This document shows positions 12,276-25,900 of a DNA stretch of 64,000 bases, piece by piece (position 1 is the stretch's first letter; every line of letters begins with the position of its first letter). Source of the stretch: Eledone cirrhosa (lineage: Eukaryota); assembly GCA_964016885.1 (NCBI GenBank), contig OZ024744.1, positions 127,658,001-127,722,000 on the forward strand. Direction: 5' to 3'. The notes below the pieces were generated by a model, which made no database searches, had not been told where the DNA came from, and saw only the letters and a list, made by a program, of their open reading frames with translations. The translations under genes were made by a program, and so were the position numbers.

Positions 12276-13929
12276 TCAGGTTAAGTTAAGTTGGGGTTAA
12301 GTTAAGTTGGGGGTAAGTTAAGTTGGGGGTAAGTTAAGTTGGGGTTAAGTTAAGTTGGGGTTAAATTAAGTTGAGGTTAAGTTAATTTGGGCTTAAGTTA
12401 AGTTGGGGTTAAGTTAAGTTGGGGGTAAGATAAGTTGGGGCTAAGTTAAGTTGGGGCTAAGTCAAGTTGGGGTTAAGTCAAGTTGAGGTTAACTTAAGTT
12501 GGGGTTAAGTTAAGTTGGGGTTAAGTTAAGTTGGGGTTAAGGTAAGTTGGGGTTAAGTTAAGTTGGGGCTAAGTTAAGTTGGGGCTAAGTTAAGTTGGGG
12601 CTGAGTTAAGTTGGGGTTAAGTTGGGGTTGAGTTAAGTTGGGGTTAAGTTAAGTTGGGATTAAGTTAAGTTGGGGTTAAGTTAAGTTCGGGTTGAGTTAA
12701 GTTGGGGTTAAGTTAAGTTGGGGTTAATTTAAGTTGGGGTTAAGTTAAGTTGGGGTTAAGATAAGTTGGGGTTAAGTTAAGTTGGGGTTAAGTTAAGTTG
12801 GGGTTGAGTTAATTTGGGGTTAAGTTAAGTTGGGGTTAACTTAAGTTGGGGTTAAGTTAAGTTGGGGTTAAGTTAAGTTGGGGGTAAGTTAAGTTGGGGG
12901 CAAGTTGAGTTGGGGTTAAGTTAAGTTGGGGTTAAGTTAAGGTGGGGGTAAGTTAAGTTGGGGGTAAGTTAAGTTGGGGGTAAGTTAAGTTGGGGTTAAG
13001 TTAAGTTGGGTTTAAGTTAAGTTGGGGCTAAGTTTAGTTGGGGTTAAGTTAAGTTGGGGGTAAGTTAAGTTGGGGTTGAGTTAAGTTGGGGTTAACTTAA
13101 GTTGGGGTTAAGTTGGGGTTAAGTTAAGTTGGGGTTAAATTAAGTTGGGGGTTAGTTAAGTTGGGGCAAGTTAAGTTGGGGTTAATTTAAGTTGGGGTTA
13201 AGTTAAGTTGGGGTTATGTTAAGTTGGGGTTAAGTTAAGTTGGGGTTAAGTTAAGTTGGGGGTAAGTTAAGTTGGGGTTAAGTTAAGTTGGGGGTAATTT
13301 AAGTTGAGGGTAAGTTAAGTTGGGGTTAAGTTAAGTTGGGGTTAAATTAAGTTGGGGGTAAGTTAAGTTGGGGGTAAGTTAAGTTGGGGTTAAGTTAAGT
13401 TGGGGTTAAATTAAGTTGAGGTTAAGTTAAGTTGGGGTTAAGTTAAATTGGGGTTAAGTTAAGTTGGGGGTAAGATAAGTTGGGGCTAAGTTAAGTTGGG
13501 GCTAAGTCAAGTTGGGGTTAAGTCAAGTTGAGGTTAACTTAAGTTGGGGTTAAGTTAAGTTGGGGTTAAGTTAAGTTGGGGTTAAGTTAAGTTGGGGTTA
13601 AGGTAAGTTGGGGTTATGTTAAGTTGGGGCTAAGTTAAGTTGGGGCTAAGTTAAGTTGGGGCTGAGTTAAGTTGGGGTTAAGTTAAGTTGGGGTTGAGTT
13701 AAGTTGGGGTTAAGTTAAGTTGGGGTTAATTTAAGTTGGGGTTAAGTTAAGTTGGGGTTAAGATAAGTTGGGGTTAAGTTAAGTTGGGGTTACGTTAAGT
13801 TGGGGTTCAGTTAATTTGGGGTTAAGTTAAGTTGGGGTTAATTTAAGTTGGGGTTAAGTTGGGGTTAAGTTAAGTTGGGGGTAGGTTAAGTTGGGGGCAA
13901 GTTAAGTTGGGGTTAAGTTAAGTTGGGGT

Positions 13930-16900
13930 TAAGTTAAGTTGGGGGTAAGTTAAGTCGGGGTTAATTAAGTTGGGGTTAAGTTAAGTTGGGTTTAAGTTAA
14001 GTTGGGGCTAAGTTAAGTTGGGGCTAAGTTAAGTTGGGACTGAGTTAAGTTGGGGGTAAGTTAAGTTGGGTGTAAGTTAAGTTGGGGTTCAGTTCAGTTG
14101 GGGTTAAGTTAAGTTGGGGTTAAGTTAAGCTGGGGTTAAGTTAAGTTGGGGTTTAGTTAAGTTGGGGTTAAGTTAAGTTGGGGTTAAGTTAAGTTGGGGT
14201 TGAGTTAAGTTGGGGTTGAGTTAAGTTGGGGTTAAGTTAAGTTGGGGTTAAGTTAAGTTGGGGTTAAGTTAAGTTGGGGGTAAGTTAAGTCGGGGGTAAG
14301 TAAAATGGGGGCAAGTTAAGTTGGGGTTAAGTTAAGTTGGGGTTAAGTTAAGTTGGGGTTAAGTTAAGTTAGGGTTAATTTCAGTTGGGGTTAAGTTAAG
14401 TTGGGGTTAAGTTAAGTTAGGGTTAATTTCAGTTGGGGTTATGTTAAGTTGGGGTTAAGTTAAGTTGGGGTTAAGTTAAGTTGGTGTTAAGTAAAGTTGG
14501 GGTTAAGTTAAGTTGTGGGTTAAGTTAAGTTGGGGTTAAGTTTAGTTGGGGTTAAGTTAAGTTGGTGTTAAGTAAAGTTGGGCTGAAGTTAAGTTGGGTT
14601 TGAGTTAAGTTGGGGCTAAGTTAAGTTAGGGCTAAGTTAAGTTGGGGTTAAGTTAAGTTGGGGCTAGGTTAAGTTGGGTCTAAGTTAAGTTGGGGTTAAG
14701 TTAAGTTGGGGTTAAGTTAAGTTGGGGTTAAATTAAGTTGGGGTTAAGTTAAGTTGGGGTTAAGCTAAGTTGGGGTTAAGTTAATTTGCGGTTAAGTTAG
14801 TTTGTGGGTTAAGTTAAGTTGGGGGTAAGTTAAGTTGGGGGTAAGTTAAGTTGGGGTTAAGTTAAGTTGGGGTTAAGTTAAGTTGGCGTTAAGTTAAGTT
14901 GGGGTAAAGTTAAGTTGGGTTTAAGTTAAGTTGGGTTTAAGTTAAGTTGGGGTTAAGTTAAGTTGGGGTTAAGTCAAGTTGGGGTTAAGTCAAGTTGGGG
15001 TTAAGTCAAGTTGGGGTTAAGTTAAGTTGGGGTTAAGTTAAGTTGGGGGTAAGTTAAGTTGGGTGTAAGTTAAGTTGGGGTTAAGTTAAGTTGTGGTTAA
15101 GTTCAGTTGGGGTTAAGTTAAGTTGGGGTTAAGTTAAGCTGGGGGTAAGTTAAGTTGGGGTTAAGTTAAGTTGGGGTTAAGTTAAGTTGGGGTTAAATTA
15201 AGTTGGGGTTAAGTTAAGTTGGGGTTATGTTAAGTTGGGGTTAAGTTAAGTTGGGGTTAAGATAAGTTGGGGTTAAGTTAAGTTGAGGTTAAGTTAAGTT
15301 GGAGTTAAGTTAAGTTGGGGTTAAGCCAAGTTGGGGTTAAGTTAATTTGCGGTTAAGTTAGGTTGTGGGTTAAGTTAAGTTGGGGTTAAGTTAAGCTGGG
15401 GTTAAGTTGGCGTAAGTTAAGTTGGGGGTAAGTTAAGTTGGGGTTAAGTTAAGTTGGGGTTAAGTTAAGTTGGGGTTAAGTTAAGTTGGGGTTAAGTTAA
15501 GTTGGGGTTGAGTTAAGTTGGGGTTGAGTTAAGTTGGGGTTAAGTTAAGTTGGGGTTAAGTTAAGTTGGGGTTAAGTTAAGTTGGGGTTAAGTTAAGTTG
15601 GGGTTAAGTTAAGTTGGGGTTAATTTAAGTTGGGGTTAAGTTAAGTTGGGGTTAAGTTAAGTTGGAGTTGAGTCAAGTTGGGGTTAAGTCAAGTTGGGGT
15701 TAAGTCAAGTTGGGGTTAAGTCAAGTTGGGGTTAAGTTAAGTTGGGGTTAAGTTAAGTGGGGTTAAGTTAAGTTGGGGGTAAGTTAAGTTGGGTGTAAGT
15801 TAAGTTGGGGTTAAGTTAAGTTGGGGTTCAGTTCAGTTGGGGTTAAGTTAAGTTGGGGTTAAGTTAAGCTGGGGGTAAGTTAAGTTCGGGTTAAGTTAAG
15901 TTGGGGTTAAGTTAAGTTGGGGTTAAGTTAAGTCGGGGTTAAGTTAAGTTGGAGTTAAGTTAAGTTGGAGTTAAGTTAAGTTGGGGTTAAGCTAAGTTGG
16001 GGTTCAGTTAAGTTGGGGTTAAGTAAATTTGGGGCTGAGTTAAGTTGGGGTTAAGTTAAGTTCGGGTTGAGTTAAGTTGGGGTTAAGTTAAGTTGGGGTT
16101 TAGTTAAGTTGGGGTTAAGTTAAGTTGGGGTTAAGATAAGTTGGGGTTAAGTTAAGTTGGGGTTAATTTAAGTTGGGGTTGAGTTAATTTGGGTTTAAGT
16201 TAAGTTGGGCTTAACTTAAGTTGGGGTTAAGTTGGGGTTAAGTTAAGTTGGGGTTAAGTTAAGTTGGGGGTAAGTTAAGTTGGGGGCAAGTTAAGTTGGG
16301 GTTAATTTAAGTTGGGGTTAAGTTAAGTTGGGGTTATGTTAAGTTGGGGTTAAGTTAAGTTGGGGTTAAGATAAGTTGGGGTTAAGTTAAGTTGAGGTTA
16401 AGTTAAGTTGGAGTTAAGTTAAGTTGGGGTTAAGCCAAGTTGGGGTTAAGTTAATTTGCGGTTAAGTTAGGTTGTGGGTTAAGTTAAGTTGGGGTTAAGT
16501 TAAGCTGGGGTTAAGTTGGCGTAAGTTAAGTTGGGGGTAAGTTAAGTTGGGGTTAATTTAAGTTGGGGTTAAGTTAAGTTGGGGTTAAGTTAAGTTGGGG
16601 TTAAGTTAAGTTGGGGTTGAGTTAAGTTGGGGTTGAGTTAAGTTGGGGTTAAGTTAAGTTGAGGTTAAGTTAAGTTGGAGTTAAGTTAAGTTGGGGTTAA
16701 GCCAAGTTGGGGTTAAGTTAATTTGCGGTTAAGTTAGGTTGTGGGTTAAGTTAAGTTGGGGTTAAGTTAAGCTGGGGTTAAGTTGGCGTAAGTTAGGTTG
16801 GGGGTAAGTTAAGTTGGGGTTAAGTTAAGTTGGGGTTAAGTTAAGTTGGGGTTAAATTAAGTTGGGGTTAAGTTAAGTTGGGGTTATGTTAAGTTGGGGT

Positions 16901-19900
16901 TAAGTTAAGTTGGGGTTAAGATAAGTTGGGGTTAAGTTAAGTTGAGGTTAAGTTAAGTTGGAGTTAAGTTAAGTTGGGGTTAAGCCAAGTTGGGGTTAAG
17001 TTAATTTGCGGTTAAGTTAGGTTGTGGGTTAAGTTAAGTTGGGGTTAAGTTAAGCTGGGGTTAAGTTGGCGTAAGTTAAGTTGGGGGTAAGTTAAGTTGG
17101 GGTTAAGTTAAGTTGGGGTTAAGTTAAGTTGGGGTTAAGTTAAGTTGGGGTTAAGTTAAGTTGGGGTTGAGTTAAGTTGGGGTTGAGTTAAGTTGGGGTT
17201 AAGTTAAGTTGGGGTTAAGTTAAGTTGGGGTTAAGTTAAGTTGGGGTTAAGTTAAGTTGGGGTTAAGTTAAGTTGGGGGCAAGTTAAGTTGGCGTTAAGT
17301 TAAGTTGGGGTTAAGTTAAGTTGGGGTTAAATTAAGTTGGGGTTAAGTTAAGTTGGGGTTAATTTAAGTTGGGGTTAAGTTAAGTTGGGGTTAAGTTAAG
17401 TTGGAGTTGAGTCAAGTTGGGGTTAAGTCAAGTTGGGGTTAAGTCAAGTTGGGGTTAAGTCAAGTTGGGGTTAAGTTAAGTTGGGGTTAAGTTAAGTGGG
17501 GTTAAGTTAAGTTGGGGGTAAGTTAAGTTGGGTGTAAGTTAACTTGGGGTTAAGTTAAGTTGGGGTTCAGTTCAGTTGGGGTTAAGTTAAGTTGGGGTTA
17601 AGTTAAGCTGGGGGTAAGTTAAGTTCGGGTTAAGTTAAGTTGGGGTTAAGTTAAGTTGGGGTTAAGTTAAGTCGGGGTTAAGTTAAGTTGGAGTTAAGTT
17701 AAGTTGGAGTTAAGTTAAGTTGGGGTTAAGCTAAGTTGGGGTTCAGTTAAGTTGGGGTTAAGTAAATTTGGGGCTGAGTTAAGTTGGGGTTAAGTTAAGT
17801 TCGGGTTGAGTTAAGTTGGGGTTAAGTTAAGTTGGGGTTTAGTTAAGTTGGGGTTAAGTTAAGTTGGGGTTAAGATAAGTTGGGGTTAAGTTAAGTTGGG
17901 GTTAATTTAAGTTGGGGTTGAGTTAATTTGGGTTTAAGTTAAGTTGGGCTTAACTTAAGTTGGGGTTAAGTTGGGGTTAAGTTAAGTTGGGGTTAAGTTA
18001 AGTTGGGGGTAAGTTAAGTTGGGGGCAAGTTAAGTTGGGGTTAATTTAAGTTGGGGTTAAGTTAAGTTGGGGTTATGTTAAGTTGGAGTTAAGTTAAGTT
18101 GGGGTTAAGTTAAAGTTGGGGTTAAGTTAAGTTGGGGTAAAGTTAAGTTGGGGTTAAGTTAAGTTGGGGTTAAATTAAGTTGGGGTTCAGTTAAGTTGGG
18201 GTTAAATTAAGTTGGGGTTAAGTTAAGTTGGGGTTAGTTAAGTTGGCGTTAAGTTAAGTTGGGGTTAAGTTAAGTTGGGGTTAAGTTAAGTTGGCGTTAA
18301 GTTAAGTTGGCGTTAAGTTAAGTTGGGGTTAAGTTAAGTTGGGGTTAAATTAAGTTGGGGTTAAGTTAAGTTGGGGTTAATTTAAGTTGGGGTTAAGTTA
18401 AGTTGGGGTTAAGTTAAGTTGGAGTTAAGTCAAGTTGGGGTTAAGTCAAGTTGGGGTTAAGTCAAGTTGGGGTTAAGTCAAGTTGGGGTTAAGTTAAGTT
18501 GGGGTTAAGTTAAGTTGGGGTTAAGTTAAGTTGGGGGTAAGTTAAGTTGGGTGTAAGTTAAGTTGGGGTTAAGTTAAGTTGGGGTTAAGTTAAGTTGGGG
18601 TTAAGTTAAGTTGGGGTTAATTTAAGTTGGAGTTAAGTTAAGTTGGAGTTAAGTTAAGTTGGGGTTAAGCTAAGTTGGGGTTCAGTTAAGTTGGGGTTAA
18701 GTTAATTTGGGGCTGAGTTAAGTTGGGGTTAAGTTAAGTCGGGTTGAGTTAAGTTGGGGTTAAGTTAAGTTGGGGTTAAGTTAAGTTGGGGTTAAGTTAA
18801 GTTGGGGTTAAGATAAGTTGGGGTTAAGTTAAGTTGGGGTTAATTTAAGTTGGGGTTGAGTTAATTTGGGTTTAAGTTAAGTTGGGCTTAACTTAAGTTG
18901 GGGTTAAGTCGGGGTTAAGTTAAGTTGGGGTTAAGTTAAGTTGGGGGTAAGTTAAGTTGGGGGCAAGTTAAGTTGGGGTTAATTTAAGTTGGGGTTAAGT
19001 TAAGTTGGGGTTATGTTAAGTTGGGGTTAAGTTAAGTTGGGGTTAAGTTAAGTTGGGGGTAACTTAAGTTGGGTGTAAGTTAAGTTGGGGTTAAGTTAAG
19101 TTGGGGTTAAATTAAGTTGAGGTTAAGTTAATTTGGGGTTAAGTTAAGTTGGGGATACGTTAAGTTGGGGTTACGTTAAGTTGGGGGTAAGATAAGTTGG
19201 GGCTAAGTTAAGTTGGGGCTAAGTCAATTTGGGGTTAAGTCAAGTTGAGGTTAACTTAAGTTGGGGTTAAGTTAAGTTGGGGTTAAGTTAAGTTGGGGTT
19301 AAGGTAAGTTGGTGTTAAGTTAAGTTGGGGCTAAGTTAAGTTGGGGCTAAGTTAAGTTGGGGCTGAGTTAAGTTGGGGTTAAGTTGGGGTTGAGTTAAGT
19401 TGGGGTTAAGTTAAGTCGGAATTACGTTAAGTTGGGGTTAAGTTAAGTTCGGGTTGAGTTAAGTTGGGGTTAAGTTAAGTTGGGGGTAAGTTAAGTTGGG
19501 GGTAAGTAAAATGGGGGCAAGTTAAGTTGGGGTTAAGTTAAGTTGGGGTTAAGTTAAGTTGGGGTTAAGTTAAGTTAGGGTTAATTTCAGTTGGGGTTAA
19601 GTTAAGTTGGGGTTAAGTTAAGTTAGGGTTAATTTAAGTTGGGGTTATGTTAAGTTGGGGTTAAGTTAAGTTGGGGTTAAGTTAAGTTGGTGTTAAGTAA
19701 AGTTGGGATTAAGTTAAGTTGTGGGTTAAGTTAAGTTGGGGTTAAGTTAAGTTGGGGTTAAGTTGGTGTTAAGTAAAGTTGGGCTTAAGTTAAGTTGGGT
19801 TTGAGTTAAGTTGGTGCTAAGTTAAGTTAGGGCTAAGTTAAGTTGGGGTTAAGTTAAGTTGGGGCTAGGTTAAGTTGGGTCTAAGTTAAGTTGGGGTTAA

Positions 19901-22900
19901 GTTAAGTTGGGGTTAAGTTAAGTTGGGGTTAAATTAAGTTGGGGTTAAGTTAAGTTGGGGTAAAGCTAAGTTGGGGTTAAGTTAATTTGCGGTTAAGTTA
20001 GTTTGTGGGTTAAGTTAAGTTGGGGGTAAGTTAAGTTGGGGGTAAGTTAAGTTGGGGTTAAATTAAGTTGGGGTTAAGTTAAGTTGGGGTTAAGTTAAGT
20101 TGGGGTTAAGTTAAGTTGGGGTTAAGTTAAGTTGGCGTTAAGTTAAGTCGGGGTAAAGTTAAGTTGGGGTTAAGTTAAGTTGGGGTTAAGTTAAGTTGGG
20201 GTTAAGTTAAGTTGGGGTTAAGTCAAGTTGGGGTTAAGTCAAGTTGGGGTTAAGTTAAGGTGGGGTTAAGTTAAGTTGGGGGTAAGTTAAGTTGGGTGTA
20301 AGTTAAGTTGGGGTTAAGTTAAGTTGTGGTTAAGTTCAGTTGGGGTTAAGTTAAGTTGGGGTTAAGTTAAGCTGGGGGTAAGTTAAGTTGGGTGTAAGTT
20401 AAGTTGGGGTTAAGTTAAGTTGGGGTTAAGTTAAGTTGGGGTTAAATTAAGTTGGGGTTAAGTTAAGTTGGGGTTATGTTAAGTTGGGGTTAAGTTGGGG
20501 TTAAGATAAGTTGGGGTTAAGTTAAGTTGAGGTTAAGTTAAGTTGGAGTTAAGTTAAGTTGGGGTTAAGCTAAGTTGGGGTTAAGTTAATTTGCGGTTAA
20601 GTTAGGTTGTGGGTTAAGTTAAGTTGGGGTTAAGTTAAGCTGGGGTTAAGTTGGGGTAAGTTAAGTTGGGGTTAAGTTAAGTTGGGGTTAAGTTAAGTTG
20701 GGGTTAAGTTAAGTTGGGGTTAAGTTAAGTTGGGGTTAAGTTAAGTTGGGGTTAAGTTAAGTTGGGGTTAAGTTAAGTTGGGGGTAAGTTAAGTTGGGGG
20801 CAAGTTAAGTTGGGGTTAAGTTAAGTTGGGGTTAAGTTAAGTTGGGGTTAAGTTAAGTTGGGGTTAAGTTAAGTTGGGGTTAAATTAAGTTGGGGTTAAG
20901 TTAAGTTGGGGTTAGTTAAGTTGGGGTTAAGTTAAGTTGGGGTTAAGTTAAGTTGGGGTTAAGTTAAGTTGGGGTTAAATTAAGTTGGAGTTAAGTTAAG
21001 TTGGGGTTAATTTAAGTTGGGGTTAAGTTAAGTTGGAGTTGAGTCAAGTTGGGGTTAAGTCAAGTTGGGGTTAAGTCAAGTTGGGGTTAAGTCAAGTTGG
21101 GGTTAAGTTAAGTTGGGGTTAAGTTAAGTGGGGTTAAGTTAAGTTGGGGGTAAGTTAAGTTGGGTGTAAGTTAAGTTGGGGTTAAGTTAAGTTGGGGTTC
21201 AGTTCAGTTGGGGTTAAGTTAAGTTGGGGTTAAGTTAAGTTGGGGCTAAGTTAAGTTGGGGTTAATTTAAGTTGGGGTTAAGTTAAGTTGGGGTTAAGTT
21301 AAGTTGGGGTTGAGTTAAGTTGGGGTTGAGTTAAGTTGGGGTTAAGTTAAGTTGGGGTTAAGTTAAGTTGGGGTTAAGTTAAGTTGGGGGTAAGTTAAGT
21401 TGGGGGTAAGTTAAGTTGGGGTTAAGTTAAGTTGGGGGTAAGTTAAGTCGGGGTTAAGTTAAGTTGGGGTTAAGTTAAGTTGGGTTTAAGTTAAGTTGGG
21501 GCTAAGTTAAGTTGGGGCTAGGTTAAGTTGGGACTGAGTTAAGTTGGGGGTAAGTTAAGTTGGGTGTAAGTTAAGTTGGGGTTCAGTTCAGTTGGGGTTA
21601 AGTTAAGTTGGGGTTAAGTTAAGCTGGGGTTAAGTTAAGTTGGGGTTTAGTTAAGTTGGGGTTAAGTTAAGTTGGGGTTAAGTTAAGTTGGGGTTGAGTT
21701 AAGTTGGGGTTGAGTTAAGTTGGGGTTAAGTTAAGTTGGGGTTAAGTTAAGTTGGGGTTAAGTTAAGTTGGGGGTAAGTTAAGTTGGGGGTAAGTAAAAT
21801 GGGGGCAAGTTAAGTTGGGGTTAAGTTAAGTTGGGGTTAAGTTAAGTTGGGGTTAAGTTAAGTTAGGGTTAATTTCAGTTGGGGTTAAGTTAAGTTGGGG
21901 TTAAGTTAAGTTAGGGTTAATTTAAGTTGGGGTTATGTTAAGTTGGGGTTAAGTTAAGTTGGGGTTAAGTTAAGTTGGTGTTAAGTAAAGTTGGGGTTAA
22001 GTTAAGTTGTGGGTTAAGTTAAGTTGGGGTTAAGTTAAGTTGGGGTTAAGTTAAGTTGGTGTTAAGTAAAGTTGGGCTGAAGTTAAGTTGGGTTTGAGTT
22101 AAGTTGGGGCTAAGTTAAGTTGGGGCTAGGTTAAGTTGGGTCTAAGTTAAGTTGGGGTTAAGTTAAGTTGGGGTTAAGTTAAGTTGGGGTTAAATTAAGT
22201 TGGGGTTAAGTTAAGTTGGGGTTAAGCTAAGTTGGGGTTAAGTTAATTTGCGGTTAAGTTAGTTTGTGGGTTAAGTTAAGTTGGGGGTAAGTTAAGTTGG
22301 GGGTAAGTTAAGTTGGGGTTAAATTAAGTTGGGGTTAAGTTAAGTTGGGGTTAAGTTAAGTTGGGGTTAAGTTAAGTTGGGGTTAAGTTAAGTTGGCGTT
22401 AAGTTAAGTTGGGGTAAAGTTAAGTTGGGGTTAAGTTAAGTTGGGTTTAAGTTAAGTTGGGGTTAAGTTAAGTTGGGGTTAAGTCAAGTTGGGGTTAAGT
22501 CAAGTTGGGGTTAAGTCAAGTTGGAGTTAAGTTAAGTTGGGGTTAAGTTAAGTTGGGGGTAAGTTAAGTTGGGTGTAAGTTAAGTTGGGGTTAAGTTAAG
22601 TTGTGGTTAAGTTCAGTTGGGGTTAAGTTAAGTTGGGGTTAAGTTAAGCTGGGGGTAAGTTAAGTTGGGGTTAAGTTAAGTTGGGGTTAAGTTAAGTTGG
22701 GGTTAAATTAAGTTGGGGTTAAGTTAAGTTGGGGTTATGTTAAGTTGGGGTTAAGTTAAGTTGGGGTTAAGATAAGTTGGGGTTAAGTTAAGTTGAGGTT
22801 AAGTTAAGTTGGAGTTAAGTTAAGTTGGGGTTAAGCCAAGTTGGGGTTAAGTTAATTTGCGGTTAAGTTAGGTTGTGGGTTAAGTTAAGTTGGGGTTAAG

Positions 22901-25900
22901 TTAAGCTGGGGTTAAGTTGGCGTAAGTTAAGTTGGGGGTAAGTTAAGTTGGGGTTAAGTTAAGTTGGGGTTAATTTAAGTTGGGGTTAAGTTAAGTTGGG
23001 GTTAAGTTAAGTTGGGGTTGAGTTAAGTTGGGGTTGAGTTAAGTTGGGGTTAAGTTAAGTTGGGGTTAAGTTAAGTTGGGGTTAAGTTAAGTTGGGGTTA
23101 AGTTAAGTTGGGGTTAAGTTAAGTTGGGGGCAAGTTAAGTTGGCGTTAAGTTAAGTTGGGGTTAAGTTAAGTTGGGGTTAAATTAAGTTGGGGTTAAGTT
23201 AAGTTGGGGTTAATTTAAGTTGGGGTTAAGTTAAGTTGGGGTTAAGTTAAGTTGGAGTTGAGTCAAGTTGGGGTTAAGTCAAGTTGGGGTTAAGTCAAGT
23301 TGGGGTTAAGTCAAGTTGGGGTTAAGTTAAGTTGGGGTTAAGTTAAGTGGGGTTAAGTTAAGTTGGGGGTAAGTTAAGTTGGGTGTAAGTTAAGTTGGGG
23401 TTAAGTTAAGTTGGGGTTCAGTTCAGTTGGGGTTAAGTTAAGTTGGGGTTAAGTTAAGCTGGGGGTAAGTTAAGTTCGGGTTAAGTTAAGTTGGGGTTAA
23501 GTTAAGTTGGGGTTAAGTTAAGTCGGGGTTAAGTTAAGTTGGAGTTAAGTTAAGTTGGAGTTAAGTTAAGTTGGGGTTAAGCTAAGTTGGGGTTCAGTTA
23601 AGTTGGGGTTAAGTTAATTTGGGGCTGAGTTAAGTTGGGGTTAAGTTAAGTTCGGGTTGAGTTAAGTTGGGGTTAAGTTAAGTTGGGGTTTAGTTAAGTT
23701 GGGGTTAAGATAAGTTGGGGTTAAGCTAAGTTGGGGTTCAGTTAAGTTGGGGTTAAGTTAATTTGGGGCTGAGTTAAGTTGGGGTTAAGTTAAGTTCGGG
23801 TTGAGTTAAGTTGGGGTTAAGTTAAGTTGGGGTTTAGTTAAGTTGGGGTTAAGTTAAGTTGGGGTTAAGATAAGTTGGGGTTAAGTTAAGTTGGGGTTAA
23901 TTTAAGTTGGGGTTGAGTTAATTTGGGTTTAAGTTAAGTTGGGCTTAACTTAAGTTGGGGTTAAGTTGGGGTTAAGTTAAGTTGGGGTTAAGTTAAGTTG
24001 GGGGTAAGTTAAGTTGGGGGCAAGTTAAGTTGGGGTTAATTTAAGTTGGGGTTAAGTTAAGTTGGGGTTATGTTAAGTTGGGGTTAAGTTAAGTTGGGGT
24101 TAAGTTAAAGTTGGGGTTAAGTTAAGTTGGGGTAAAGTTAAGTTGGGGTTAAGTTAAGTTGGGGTTAAATTAAGTTGGGGTTCAGTTAAGTTGGGGTTAA
24201 ATTAAGTTGGGGTTAAGTTAAGTTGGGGTTAGTTAAGTTGGGGTTAAGTTAAGTTGGGGTTAAGTTAAGTTGGGGTTAAGTTAAGTTGGCGTTAAGTTAA
24301 GTTGGCGTTAAGTTAAGTTGGGGTTAAGTTAAGTTGGGGTTAAATTAAGTTGGGGTTAAGTTAAGTTGGGGTTAATTTAAGTTGGGGTTAAGTTAAGTTG
24401 GGGTTAAGTTAAGTTGGAGTTAAGTCAAGTTGGGGTTAAGTCAAGTTGGGGTTAAGTCAAGTTGGGGTTAAGTCAAGTTGGGGTTAAGTTAAGTTGGGGT
24501 TAAGTTAAGTTGGGGTTAAGTTAAGTTGGGGGTAAGTTAAGTTGGGTGTAAGTTAAGTTGGGGTTAAGTTAAGATGGGGTTAAGTTAAGTTGGGGTTAAG
24601 TTAAGTTGGGGTTAATTTAAGTTGGAGTTAAGTTAAGTTGGAGTTAAGTTAAGTTGGGGTTAAGCTAAGTTGGGGTTCAGTTAAGTTGGGGTTAAGTTAA
24701 TTTGGGGCTGAGTTAAGTTGGGGTTAAGTTAAGTCGGGTTGAGTTAAGTTGGGGTTAAGTTAAGTTGGGGTTAAGTTAAGTTGGGGTTAAGTTAAGTTGG
24801 GGTTAAGATAAGTTGGGGTTAAGTTAAGTTGGGGTTAATTTAAGTTGGGGTTGAGTTAATTTGGGTTTAAGTTAAGTTGGGCTTAACTTAAGTTGGGGTT
24901 AAGTCGGGGTTAAGTTAAGTTGGAGTTAAGTTAAGTTGGGGGTAAGTTAAGTTGGGGGCAAGTTAAGTTGGGGTTAATTTAAGTTGGGGTTAAGTTAAGT
25001 TGGGGTTATGTTAAGTTGGGGTTAAGTTAAGTTGGGGTTAAGTTAAGTTGGGGGTAACTTAAGTTGGGTGTAAGTTAAGTTGGGGTTAAGTTAAGTTGGG
25101 GTTAAATTAAGTTGAGGTTAAGTTAATTTGGGGTTAAGTTAAGTTGGGGTTACGTTAAGTTGGGGTTACGTTAAGTTGGGGGTAAGATAAATTGGGGCTA
25201 AGTTAAGTTGGGGCTAAGTCAAGTTGGGGTTAAGTCAAGTTGAGGTTAACTTAAGTTGGGGTTAAGTTAAGTTGGGGTTAAGTTAAGTTGGGGTTAAGGT
25301 AAGTTGGTGTTAAGTTAAGTTGGGGCTAAGTTAAGTTGGGGCTAAGTTAAGTTGGGGCTGAGTTAAGTTGGGGTTAAGTTGGGGTTGAGTTAAGTTGGGG
25401 TTAAGTTAAGTTGGAATTACGTTAAGTTGGGGTTAAGTTAAGTTCGGGTTGAGTTAAGTTGGGGTTAAGTTAAGTTGGGGGTAAGTTAAGTTGGGGGTAA
25501 GTAAAATGGGGGCAAGTTAAGTTGGGGTTAAGTTAAGTTGGGGTTAAGTTAAGTTGGGGTTAAGTTAAGTTAGGGTTAATTTCAGTTGGGGTTAAGTTAA
25601 GTTGGGGTTAAGTTAAGTTAGGGTTAATTTAAGTTGGGGTTATGTTAAGTTGGGGTTAAGTTAAGTTGGGGTTAAGTTAAGTTGGTGTTAAGTAAAGTTG
25701 GGATTAAGTTAAGTTGTGGGTTAAGTTAAGTTGGGGTTAAGTTAAGTTGGGGTTAAGTTGGTGTTAAGTAAAGTTGGGCTTAAGTTAAGTTGGGTTTGAG
25801 TTAAGTTGGTGCTAAGTTAAGTTAGGGCTAAGTTAAGTTGGGGTTAAGTTAACTTGGGGCTAGGTTAAGTTGGGTCTAAGTTAAGTTGGGGTTAAGTTAA

